In this document: positions 30,706-39,971 of the stretch, piece by piece | How the letters are laid out: each line of letters starts with the position of its first letter | Numbering within the stretch: position 1 is the stretch's first letter | Source of the DNA: a bacterium | GTDB taxonomy: Bacteria; Electryoneota; Electryoneia; Electryoneales; Electryoneaceae | NCBI GenBank assembly: GCA_963675295.2 | Contig: CAXXKJ010000001.1 | Location: 210,430 to 274,429, forward strand | Length of the DNA: 64,000 bases | Direction: 5' to 3' | Position numbers and translations under genes: made by a program | Notes under the pieces: generated by a model | What the model saw: the letters and a program-made list of their open reading frames with translations, nothing else | Database searches by the model: none | What the model was told of the DNA's origin: nothing

Positions 30706-31920
30706 CTACCCCGGCAGCACCATCCGGATCGTTGTGCCTTCGCCGGGGCGGGACTGCAGCACGAACAGCTTGCCACGATGAATTTCCTCAACGATTCGGC
30801 GCCCGAGGCTCAACCCCAGCCCCCAGCCGCGTTTCTTCGTGGTGTAGCCGGGACGGAAAATCGCATCCATGTCCTTCTTCGCGATGCCAACTCCCTCGTC
30901 CATTACATCAACATACGCGCCGTTCTCATTGCGTCCGCTGACGATGGTGATCCGGCCCTCGCCCTTCATCGCCTGGGACGCATTCCGCATCAGATTTTCC
31001 AGCACCCAGCCGATCAGCTCTTCCTGCATCGCGACTTCGCCGGCGTTCCGGTCTTCGTACGTGATCGCAACACGCGACCCGACGCGTGTCTGCATGTAAT
31101 CCACCGCACCCTTGACCACCTCGCTCAACTGGTGCGGCTTCAACGTTTCCACCGCGCCGATCTTCGAGAACCGGACCGCGATTTTTTCCAGCCGGCGCAC
31201 ATCCTGCCGCATTGCGTCGACAACCTCCGGTCGGCCCGACGAGCCCAGCACCTCGAGCCAGCCCATCAACGAACTGATCGGTGTGCCCAGCTGATGCGCG
31301 GTTTCACGCGCCATCCCGACCCACACCGACCGTTCCTCCGCCTTGCGAATGGTACGGAAGCCGATGTACCCGAGGAAGATGTACAACGCCACCGCCAGCG
31401 CCGTCGCGATCGACACAAAGCGTAGTGTCCGCACCAGGGAGGGGTCACCGTAATGGAAATAATCCACCTGTCCGGGGAAAACCTCCACCGCCAACGGTTC
31501 GTTGCCCTGCCTGCGTACATCGCGGATAAACTTCAGCAGCTTGTCCTGCGCCTCGGCAGAGGTGTCGCCCGGTTCGACGGACAAATTGCGCCACGATTTC
31601 GGCGTGCCGTCGGCGTCGGTCACCACGATCGGAAACTCAATCGCCTGTACCGCTTCGTACGCCAGCTCGGCGTTGTCGTTGAGCAGCAGCAAGCGATAAC
31701 TGTCCACCGTGCGCTGCAGATTCGTTAACGCGCTCTCCCGCACCTGCCGCACCAGCAGGCTGGTCCCGATGAACAGCCCGGCAGTCATCACCACCGCGCC
31801 GACGAAGAGAAAACCCTTGAACATGCCCGCGCGACGCAAACGGCCGGTCACAGCCGTCGAACCGGCCATGTCCCTGGACGCCGGCTTGCGTGGTTCAGGT
31901 GAGGAGGTTGGATTCGCCAT
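30706..31920 (-). CDS. Membrane-bound sensor histidine kinase
   Basis: Two TMs; H-box ETAHQLGTP; N-box ENLMRNA; DEGVG, FRPGYTTKKRGWGLGLS. Start uncertain. Confidence 0.9.
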   Translation of the reverse strand: MANPTSSPEPRKPASRDMAGSTAVTGRLRRAGMFKGFLFVGAVVMTAGLFIGTSLLVRQVRESALTNLQRTVDSYRLLLLNDNAELAYEAVQAIEFPIVVTDADGTPKSWRNLSVEPGDTSAEAQDKLLKFIRDVRRQGNEPLAVEVFPGQVDYFHYGDPSLVRTLRFVSIATALAVALYIFLGYIGFRTIRKAEERSVWVGMARETAHQLGTPISSLMGWLEVLGSSGRPEVVDAMRQDVRRLEKIAVRFSKIGAVETLKPHQLSEVVKGAVDYMQTRVGSRVAITYEDRNAGEVAMQEELIGWVLENLMRNASQAMKGEGRITIVSGRNENGAYVDVMDEGVGIAKKDMDAIFRPGYTTKKRGWGLGLSLGRRIVEEIHRGKLFVLQSRPGEGTTIRMVLPG

Positions 31921-32095
31921 GGCTGGAAGGTACGACATCAAGGCGCAGGGAGCGAAGTGGAAACGGACGCATTGTGATCAGTCTCAGGGAGAATGGAAAA
32001 AATCTACGAAATCCGCTGCAGAACTAACTTTCAACGATATTTCGCCCTATCTTTCACGATGTTGTGATCATGTGATCAACCCGGGGGACCGTCAC

Positions 32096-34240
32096 ATGCG
32101 CCGCCTGATCCTTCTTCTCGCCGTTTTGCTGCCCGTTATCGCCATCGCCCAACCGACATGGGAACATAGAGTCATCGGAGGTGATCTATCTTGGCCGGTT
32201 GATGTAACCGCAGCAGATTTTGACGGCGATGGTGATTACGATATCGTTTCAAGCGGCAATCGTTTGGTAGTGTGGGAGAATTCCGGTAACGGTCAATTTT
32301 GGATTGAACACGAAATCTCCGGCAATTATGCTTCAGCAAGGATAGATGCGGGAGACATGAATGGAGACGGTGCACCTGATATTGTTACTTCAAATAATAC
32401 TGATGATGTTATCCAATGGTGGGAAAATACGAATAACTCTTTTGATTTTACATTGCATGGTATATCTAATAATCCTATAGGATATGATTTTGAGTTAGAT
32501 GATTTTGATATGGACGGCGATATAGATCTTATTACAAGTGGTTATTCTGAAGATAGAAGAGTTAAATGGTGGGAAAATTTAAATGAACCGGGACTACATT
32601 TGATAATGCATGCTATTTCAAGTGGTAGTGATAATATAAACGACTTTACTATTGGTGATATGGATAATGATGGTGATAAAGATATTATTGTTACATCGTA
32701 TAACGGAGATTATCCACCGACCGGCTATCTTCGTTGGTTCAGAAATACAGATGGTCATGGAACGCTATGGAATGAAGTATCGATCGTCGAGGATTATCCT
32801 GCTTATTCTTGTATAGCCGGTGATTTTGATCGAGATGGCTTTATAGATATAGTTTCAGGCGTGGATCCCGGTATTCCATATGTTGATATACTTACTTATT
32901 GGAGAAATATTAATGGTAATGGTCTTAATATGGTAGAAATTGTGATAGACGATTTTATATATTATTCATCGGTACACTACATGGATGCTGCAGATATCGA
33001 TGGAGATCTGGATATTGATCTTGTTGCGACTCAGTATGGTATGGAAAATCATATAGTTTATTATGAGAATGTGGATGGTTTTGGCAATGACTGGGGCGAA
33101 CAGGTCATCGAAGAAATTGAGTGTAGACAGCCGATAGCCGTTGATCTTGACTTGGACGGCGATCTTGATATTGTTGCAGGCGAACAAGATTCTGATGATC
33201 CCTACAACGACGAAGTGCATCTCTGGGAACACCAGAATTCCCAGATAACAGAGATTCAGGTTCTGGCACCCAATGGGGGAGAGATCTGGCGGACCGATAC
33301 GCCGCATAACATCTACTGGAACTCAACCCGGCCTGAAGATGTCCGAATTGAATTGTTCTACGATAATCAGTTGGTTGAGACGATCACGGAATCCACGGAA
33401 AACGATGGCGTCTGCAATTGGCTGATCCCTGAAAACCTGTTGACCGGGGATCTGTACTCGATTCGCCTGCAGATCGTCGGATCACCCGAACAGGACTTCA
33501 GCGACGAACCGTTCTCGATCACATCACTCCCATCGTTAACCATCGAGCCGTTCCAGCCGTCCACGATCATCCCCGCTGCCGGTGGCGGCTACTGGTACTG
33601 GGTCCAGATTGTCAATCCATCCCCATTTCCCGTAAGCGGACAACTCTGGGCACAGTTGGTTCTGCCGAACGGGAACACGTATGGACCGATAGCGAATGAA
33701 GTTATTTCCATCGACCCCAACAGCACCTACCAGCCAAGCTCACCACACGGACAATTTGTCCCGGGCTACGCTCCGCCGGGGATCTACCAGCATGTGATGG
33801 CGATCGGCATACGTCCCAACCTGGTCATCGACACCGACAGCTTCACCTTCGAAAAACTGGCTGGAACGAGCGGCCCGACCCGTCCAGAATCACAATGGTC
33901 CGTTTCTGACTGGGCAATGAACGGCACGCCGCCGGTTTCAACTGACGACCCGCAGCAAACCGGGCAGGCGATCCCCACCGAGTTCGCGCTGTTGCAGCCC
34001 CATCCAAACCCGTTCAATCCGACGACCAGCTTCACGGTGCAGCTGCCGGAGACGGCGAACCTGCAGGTGACCGTGCACGACATCACCGGCCGCCTTGTCG
34101 CGACGCTGGCGAATGGTTCGGTCAGCGCCGGGGCGCACACATTAACGTTTGACGGGAGTGGGTTGGCGTCGGGCGTGTACTTCCTGCACGCATTGACTGC
34201 AGATCAGCACCAGAGCCGCAAACTGCTGCTGCTGAAATAA
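32096..34240 (+). CDS. Secreted FG-GAP-repeat protein with 'PNGGE' Ig-like domain, pre-CTD module and T9SS-type CTD
   Basis: Start MRRLILLLAVLLPVIAIA; DxDGDGDxD repeats; VLAPNGGE; HPNPFNP...LASGVYF. Confidence 0.88.
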   Translation: MRRLILLLAVLLPVIAIAQPTWEHRVIGGDLSWPVDVTAADFDGDGDYDIVSSGNRLVVWENSGNGQFWIEHEISGNYASARIDAGDMNGDGAPDIVTSNNTDDVIQWWENTNNSFDFTLHGISNNPIGYDFELDDFDMDGDIDLITSGYSEDRRVKWWENLNEPGLHLIMHAISSGSDNINDFTIGDMDNDGDKDIIVTSYNGDYPPTGYLRWFRNTDGHGTLWNEVSIVEDYPAYSCIAGDFDRDGFIDIVSGVDPGIPYVDILTYWRNINGNGLNMVEIVIDDFIYYSSVHYMDAADIDGDLDIDLVATQYGMENHIVYYENVDGFGNDWGEQVIEEIECRQPIAVDLDLDGDLDIVAGEQDSDDPYNDEVHLWEHQNSQITEIQVLAPNGGEIWRTDTPHNIYWNSTRPEDVRIELFYDNQLVETITESTENDGVCNWLIPENLLTGDLYSIRLQIVGSPEQDFSDEPFSITSLPSLTIEPFQPSTIIPAAGGGYWYWVQIVNPSPFPVSGQLWAQLVLPNGNTYGPIANEVISIDPNSTYQPSSPHGQFVPGYAPPGIYQHVMAIGIRPNLVIDTDSFTFEKLAGTSGPTRPESQWSVSDWAMNGTPPVSTDDPQQTGQAIPTEFALLQPHPNPFNPTTSFTVQLPETANLQVTVHDITGRLVATLANGSVSAGAHTLTFDGSGLASGVYFLHALTADQHQSRKLLLLK

Positions 34241-34366
34241 TCCAGGCGGCTCCGCTACCTCAATCCAGCCGTCAGTTCTGGAGGCAGAATCATGTTTTTT
34301 CAAAGAACAGTTCCTATTTTGCTTGCACGATCTCAACTTCAGTCAATCAAATCAGGAGGATGTATC

Positions 34367-36166
34367 ATGTTCAGACTGATGATTGTCCTGCTCTTCGCAG
34401 CCCTGCCTTTCGCGACACAAGCCCAGTTCTGGGTTAAACATACAATCCACCAGTTTCCGTACGATCTCAACTGGCACATCGCGGTGGGTGATTTCAACAG
34501 CGACGGATACCCTGATTTCGTAACTGCTTCGCACGAAACCGGTAGTGTCCGCTGGTGGGAAAACACCGGAGCTGGTACAGGAGCGATCCAGCATGCTGTC
34601 GGAGATGTTGATCCTATTGCCCGTGTTGTTCAAGCTGCCGATATCGACAACGACGGCGACGACGATATCCTTGTACCCGACTACCAAGATCAATGCATCT
34701 GGTGGGAGAATGACGATGGAACCGGCCAGACATGGACCGAGCACGCCATTCTGCAGGGACAATTCTGGGCAACGAACAACACGGAGCTCGTGGACATGGA
34801 TCAGGACGGCGACATCGATATCCGCGGAGTCCGGTATTTCGCCTCAGGAATGGCTTGGTGGGAAAACGCGGGAGACGGACTAACCTGGGAGGAGCACCCG
34901 ATCACCGAAAATGGCAGTGGGAGTCCACGGCAATTCGTGGCTGATTTTGACAGTGATGGTGATCTGGATCTGTTTGGAGTGCATCCCGTCGGTTGCACTG
35001 TTACCTGGTACGAGAACCTGGACGGGAACGGACTGGTTTGGAATGATCCCGTTGAATTGCTGTACGAACCGTATCTCGTTGACGCCGCCATGGGGGACCT
35101 GGACAATGACGGCGACGTTGATCTCGTTACTGTCGATTACATTCTCAGCGAAAACACTGAACTCAAAGTGTGGGAAAACGATGGCGAACAGAACCTGACA
35201 GAACACATTCAGGGCGTGAACCTTCCCTATCCCTTCTGCGTCGACCTGATCGATCTGGACGTGGACGGCGATCTCGATTTTGTGTTCATCTACCGGCAAG
35301 GCGGAGTGTACTGGTGGGAAAATCGCGGCGATTTGACTTTCGTTGAACGCGGTCCGATCGCGCCCGGAGTGATGCCCAATTACGACTGCTACGCCTTTGC
35401 CGACTTCGATCAGGACGGTCGCCCCGACTATCTCGCCGCGAACCGAACCCGCCACACCCTCGTCTGGTACCAGCAGATGGAACAGCCAGGTATGTTGACT
35501 CTGACCCGTACTTCCGAACCGGTTGTCCCGGCGAACGGCGGAACCGTCATCTATGACGGTGCCTGCGAGTCCTATCAGCTGTATGGCTACCCCGATATCA
35601 CCTTCTGGACCAGCATTCTGCAGCCGGATGGTACCACCATCGAACCAGCCTACTCGCAAACCTTTAACCTGCCGCCGTTCTTCACCACAACCGTTACCGG
35701 TATGACCCAGGATATCCCGTCCGACGCACCCGCCGGCGACTACTCGCTGACCGGACACATCGGGTACTACCCGGAATCCTTCGTCGCCAGCAGTATCACC
35801 TTCAGCAAGTCGGCGACCGGCTTGTCAGGACCAGCTCAATACGGCTGGCATACTGGCGGCGACTTCTTCCCGGTTGATCAGGATGGCAGCTCACCAGTGC
35901 CCGAATCGTTCACCGTGAGCGCCGCCTGTCCCAACCCGTTCAACCCGACGACCAGTTTCACGGTGCAGCTGCCCGCAGACGCCAACCTGAACGTCACCTT
36001 GCATGACATCACCGGTCGTCTTGTCGCGACACTCGCGAACGAAACCCGCTCCGCCGGAGAGCACACGTTCACGTTTGATGGCCAGGGCCTGGCGTCGGGT
36101 GTGTACTTCGTCCGCGCGAACAGCGGTGCCCAGTCCGCGACGCGAAAACTGGTGTTGATGAAATGA
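34367..36166 (+). CDS. Secreted FG-GAP-repeat protein with pre-CTD module and T9SS-type CTD
   Basis: AGGAGG RBS; MFRLMIVLLFAALPFATQA signal; DxDxDGDxD repeats; CPNPFNP...LASGVYF. Confidence 0.9.
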   Translation: MFRLMIVLLFAALPFATQAQFWVKHTIHQFPYDLNWHIAVGDFNSDGYPDFVTASHETGSVRWWENTGAGTGAIQHAVGDVDPIARVVQAADIDNDGDDDILVPDYQDQCIWWENDDGTGQTWTEHAILQGQFWATNNTELVDMDQDGDIDIRGVRYFASGMAWWENAGDGLTWEEHPITENGSGSPRQFVADFDSDGDLDLFGVHPVGCTVTWYENLDGNGLVWNDPVELLYEPYLVDAAMGDLDNDGDVDLVTVDYILSENTELKVWENDGEQNLTEHIQGVNLPYPFCVDLIDLDVDGDLDFVFIYRQGGVYWWENRGDLTFVERGPIAPGVMPNYDCYAFADFDQDGRPDYLAANRTRHTLVWYQQMEQPGMLTLTRTSEPVVPANGGTVIYDGACESYQLYGYPDITFWTSILQPDGTTIEPAYSQTFNLPPFFTTTVTGMTQDIPSDAPAGDYSLTGHIGYYPESFVASSITFSKSATGLSGPAQYGWHTGGDFFPVDQDGSSPVPESFTVSAACPNPFNPTTSFTVQLPADANLNVTLHDITGRLVATLANETRSAGEHTFTFDGQGLASGVYFVRANSGAQSATRKLVLMK

Positions 36167-36172
36167 GGATAG

Positions 36173-36405
36173 TCCTGAGTCTTGAGTCCTGAGTCCTGAG
36201 GAAAAGACCACGACAAAGATCAGAAATACCGGGGACACTTACTCCGCTAAGTGTCCCCGGATTGCCTGATTCAAAGAGCAACACGGCCGCGTCTGACGAG
36301 CAGACACGGCCACAATCTTTTATTCACCCAGATACTCATCCACTATTTACCGTTTACCGATTACCGTTTAATGGTTACCGGCTACCGACCACCGAGTAAC
36401 GGCTA
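36173..36405. repeat. Composite intergenic element, copy 1 (heptamer array, hairpin, conserved spacer, heptamer array)
   Basis: (CTGAGTC)-like array; CCGGGGACACTT-ACTCCGCT-AAGTGTCCCCGG at 36229-36260; GAGCAACACGGCCGCGTC; degenerate TTACCG(T/A) array. Confidence 0.8.
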
Positions 36406-36575
36406 CGTCTCGCCCGCTCCAGGTAAACCGAAAAATTCCAAGTGCCTACAAATCGTGGCGTTTCTCTCATAATTCCACAAATTCGTGTCCCCGATCACAT
36501 TTCTGAAGTTAGGTTATCCTATCTTTGCCGCACATGGATAAACAATCACGTACACGATGGGTGAAGGAGAGCAGG

Positions 36576-38414
36576 ATGAGGAAGATAGGATTGGGGCTGG
36601 CGATGCTGGCTCTACTGGTCAGTTCGGTGATGGCGCAGCCGGAGTTGCTGTGGACAGCAGACATTTCGGTGCAGGGCGAGGATGATTTTACGGCGTACAG
36701 CGTGATAGAAACATCCGACGGCGGGTTCCTGTTAGCCGGGTATGGCTACGAAGGAGCGCAGGTGGTGAAAACGGACGGCTTCGGCAACATCCAGTGGGAT
36801 CTCAGCTACGGCGATGGCAACGGATTTGAATATTTCTTTGATGTGGTTGAAGCCGCGGACGGGTTCTTCTACACCTCGGGCCAGTTTTTCAATGGTGGTC
36901 TGTCCCTCTACCTCGATCTGATTGCGAAGATCAATCCCAACGGCAGCTTCGAATTTGTACAGGTCATCGACAACGCTGGCCGGCAGAACGCGGAATGCAT
37001 CGAGGTCGACGCCGATGGCTTCATCTGGGTTGGCGGTTACTGGTCGGCGGATGGCTTCGAAGAGTACGGCAGCCTGATCAAGTTGGACACGAACCTCAAC
37101 CAGCTCGGCTTCCACATTATCACCAGCTGCGAACGGATCACCGACATCAAGCTGATGGACGATCAGATCATTGCTGTTGGCTATGAGAACACCTTCGACA
37201 TCGAGATCCACCCCTGGATGGGCGCGGTCAGCTATGATGGCGTCGCTCTCTGGGACACGTGGGGCACGTTGGACGCTATCGACGGTGGTTTCAGCACGGT
37301 CGCGATCAGCCCGGATCAGACCACGGCGACCGCGTCCGGCCATGATTTCAGCATGGACCAGATCCCAGTCGTCCAGTTCAACACTGACGGAAGTGGGCAG
37401 GTGTACAGCCAGTTCATGGATTTCAGTCCCAGTGCCGATGCCGCACGTAAAATTATTGCTGGAAACGGGGCCAGCGAGACCTACTACATCCTGGTGCAGG
37501 GAACCCAAAGTGGTGGTGGCGGCGCAGCGGTCAGCCACATGGTGAAAATTGACGATCAGGGCCAGACCATCTGGGAGGCTGAATTTGGCGGCCAGGTGTA
37601 CGAGTACCCCTCGTCCATGGTGCTGCTTGGTGAGGACGATCTCGTCTACTCCGGTGTCTATTCCACAAACAGTTTCCTCAAGCACGTCGCTCCGTTGACC
37701 GGTTTCGATGTCACCCTGACGCCGAACAATGAGCCGGTCCAGATCGGCCCGAACGGCGGCTACATCAACATGCACGGCTCGATCAGCAACCTCGGCAGCG
37801 AGTACCTCGCGATGGATGTCTGGGTTGTCGTCGAACACCTGTTGATTCAGGCCGTCACCACGCAAACCTTCAGCAACGTCCCGTTCAACGGCGGCCAGAC
37901 CCGTCAGGCAAACCTCTCTCAGGGCATTCCGCCATGGGCGCCCTCGGGCGACTACCTGATGCATCTCAAGATCGGCCACCTCCCGAACGATGTCCTCGGT
38001 GAAGCGTCGTTCCCGTTCACCAAGACCGGACCGAAACCGAACGGTGGCCTCAGCGCGTTCACCAACCCGGACGCGTGGCCGGTGATCGGCTCATTCGATC
38101 ACGCTGCCGCGATCTTTACCGCCGATGCGAATCAGCAGACCGCGCAGCTGTCCGAATTCACGCTCGGCGCGGCCTACCCGAATCCGTTCAATCCGACCAC
38201 CAGCTTCAGCGTGCAGCTGCCGGAATCCGCGAACCTGCAGGTGACCGTGCATGACATCACCGGCCGGTTGGTCGCGACACTGGCGAATGGTTCGGTCAAC
38301 GCCGGCGCGCACACGTTCACGTTTGACGGATCGGGTCTGGCGTCGGGCGTGTACTTCGTTCACGCGGCAAGCGGTGCCCAGGCGGCGACGCAGAAGCTGG
38401 TGTTGATGAAGTAG
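36576..38414 (+). CDS. Secreted beta-propeller-like protein with pre-CTD module and T9SS-type CTD
   Basis: AAGGAG RBS; signal peptide; 'TSDGGFLLAG...VKTD..GN..W' repeats; AYPNPFNP...LASGVYF. Confidence 0.87.
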   Translation: MRKIGLGLAMLALLVSSVMAQPELLWTADISVQGEDDFTAYSVIETSDGGFLLAGYGYEGAQVVKTDGFGNIQWDLSYGDGNGFEYFFDVVEAADGFFYTSGQFFNGGLSLYLDLIAKINPNGSFEFVQVIDNAGRQNAECIEVDADGFIWVGGYWSADGFEEYGSLIKLDTNLNQLGFHIITSCERITDIKLMDDQIIAVGYENTFDIEIHPWMGAVSYDGVALWDTWGTLDAIDGGFSTVAISPDQTTATASGHDFSMDQIPVVQFNTDGSGQVYSQFMDFSPSADAARKIIAGNGASETYYILVQGTQSGGGGAAVSHMVKIDDQGQTIWEAEFGGQVYEYPSSMVLLGEDDLVYSGVYSTNSFLKHVAPLTGFDVTLTPNNEPVQIGPNGGYINMHGSISNLGSEYLAMDVWVVVEHLLIQAVTTQTFSNVPFNGGQTRQANLSQGIPPWAPSGDYLMHLKIGHLPNDVLGEASFPFTKTGPKPNGGLSAFTNPDAWPVIGSFDHAAAIFTADANQQTAQLSEFTLGAAYPNPFNPTTSFSVQLPESANLQVTVHDITGRLVATLANGSVNAGAHTFTFDGSGLASGVYFVHAASGAQAATQKLVLMK

Positions 38415-38420
38415 GAGACC

Positions 38421-38649
38421 CAGTTATCAGTTGTCAGTTCTCAGTTGTCAGTAAACCAATCCGGGGACACTTACTCCGCTAAGTGTCCCCGATTTGTGTT
38501 GATCTGAGAGCAACACGGCCGCGTCCGTGAACAGACACGACCACAAGAGGAAACCCGCGTTGGCAAGCCAGCACGGGCAAGATAGGTGTAGCTTCGATTA
38601 CCGATTACCGATTACCGATTACCGATTACCGATTACCGATTACCGACTA
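38421..38649. repeat. Composite intergenic element, copy 2
   Basis: CAGTTAT CAGTTGT CAGTTCT CAGTTGT; same hairpin at 38461-38491; same spacer; six perfect CCGATTA at 38601-38642. Confidence 0.85.
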
Positions 38650-39501
38650 CCGCCTCACCTGCAGCACCGGTTCACGGAACAGGCTGAAGCGCAGCCACTT
38701 GTACCCGAAGTCGAGCAGCACCGCGTCGCTGGTACGCATCTTCCGGACCGTCTTATCATCCAGCGCGATCCGTTGCAGCAGCGAGCTTTCGAACACGAAC
38801 CGCCTGAAACGCTCGCTATCGAAGCAGACCATGTAGAACATCTCCATCTGCTCCGGCGTCAAGTCGTTCTCACGCAAATACGGATGCAACGTGATCGCCT
38901 TGTACTTCTCGCCCTCTTCGTCCCAGCGCGCGACATTCTGGTCGTCCATCCACTGCCGGACCGTCCATTCGCTGGTTTCATCCCAACCGTGGCAGACATC
39001 CTCATTCATCAGGAAGTAGAACGGTTCGTCGTTCGAGCCTTCCTCCGGGCTCGCTTTACCGACAGGGAACATGCGGCACGCCCACGGCCGGTCCTGGTAG
39101 ACGGTGCAACCCTTCTCCGGATCGACGAAGTGGCAGCGTTTGTGTTCATCCTCGGTCATCTTCAGCATGATCACCGGGTACTTCTGCTTCTCATGCACCG
39201 GCATCACCGTGTACTTCGCGAGGAATTCTGCGCTGGTGATCTTGAGCCGGTTCTTGACACGGATGACATCGTACGGCGTGAGGAAAATGTTGACGTCGCT
39301 GCAGCAGTCGTTGAAACACGGCACGCCTGGATGGCAGCCGAAATGGAAGCTGCTGTCCAACCCGAGGCGCTCGTGATCCTGCAGCACCTTTTCCTTCAGG
39401 TTGGCGAAATGCTTCGCTGACGTGGCTTCCGCATCGCCGGGTGCGTTGGCGGAGACGGTATCGTTTCCAGACGAATCGGGGGGCTTGTTGTATTTGATCA
39501 C
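38647..39501 (-). CDS. YkgJ-family cysteine-cluster protein
   Basis: FGCHPGVPCFNDCC...LTPYD; C.F....GCTVYQDRPWACRMFP; GTGA overlap with the upstream gene. Confidence 0.88.
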   Translation of the reverse strand: MIKYNKPPDSSGNDTVSANAPGDAEATSAKHFANLKEKVLQDHERLGLDSSFHFGCHPGVPCFNDCCSDVNIFLTPYDVIRVKNRLKITSAEFLAKYTVMPVHEKQKYPVIMLKMTEDEHKRCHFVDPEKGCTVYQDRPWACRMFPVGKASPEEGSNDEPFYFLMNEDVCHGWDETSEWTVRQWMDDQNVARWDEEGEKYKAITLHPYLRENDLTPEQMEMFYMVCFDSERFRRFVFESSLLQRIALDDKTVRKMRTSDAVLLDFGYKWLRFSLFREPVLQVRR

Positions 39502-39806
39502 GACTCGTCCTCCACAATCAGGTCACGCATCGCCGTCGGAGACCACACCGGCAACGGGCCGGTTTCGCCGGTGAACGGGTCCTGCTTGTAGCGGTACGAG
39601 GTCTTTGACGCGTACTGCGCTTCCATCCGTTCCCAGCCGCGCACATAGTAACCGCACTCATCGTTGAAGCAGACATAAATCCACGGCGAATCGAAGGCCG
39701 CCATCGGCGGAACCAGCATCTTTTTCATCGGCTCCCCGCAGTGAGTACAAACCGGCGGTGGATCGTGCATCTCGTAAGGATCAAGGGGTATCGACGATTC
39801 GGCCAT
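39498..39806 (-). CDS. Small Cys-rich (zinc-ribbon-like) protein
   Basis: CTHCGEPM and YVCFNDEC.YYVRGW motifs. Confidence 0.75.
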   Translation of the reverse strand: MAESSIPLDPYEMHDPPPVCTHCGEPMKKMLVPPMAAFDSPWIYVCFNDECGYYVRGWERMEAQYASKTSYRYKQDPFTGETGPLPVWSPTAMRDLIVEDES

Positions 39807-39971
39807 AATGGGTATCCAAAGTTGACACAGCAACAAAATGGCGCGGCATCAGCCCGCGCCAGGACAATGAAGTCCAGCCTTTGTGAAAACTACGAACAAG
39901 GAACCACAGGCCAAAGAGTAAGGGGAGGATAACAGGGAACAGGTGTCGTGACCGGGTGAAAGGGAATACGG

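Noticed and set aside
32096-38414. Diversity-generating retroelement acting on the similar 3' ends
   Set aside because: No reverse transcriptase, no non-coding template copy, and the differences are not adenine-specific.
38527-39420. ORF containing YRLPITD repeats
   Set aside because: This is just translation of the (CCGATTA)n array and the antisense of the YkgJ-family gene.
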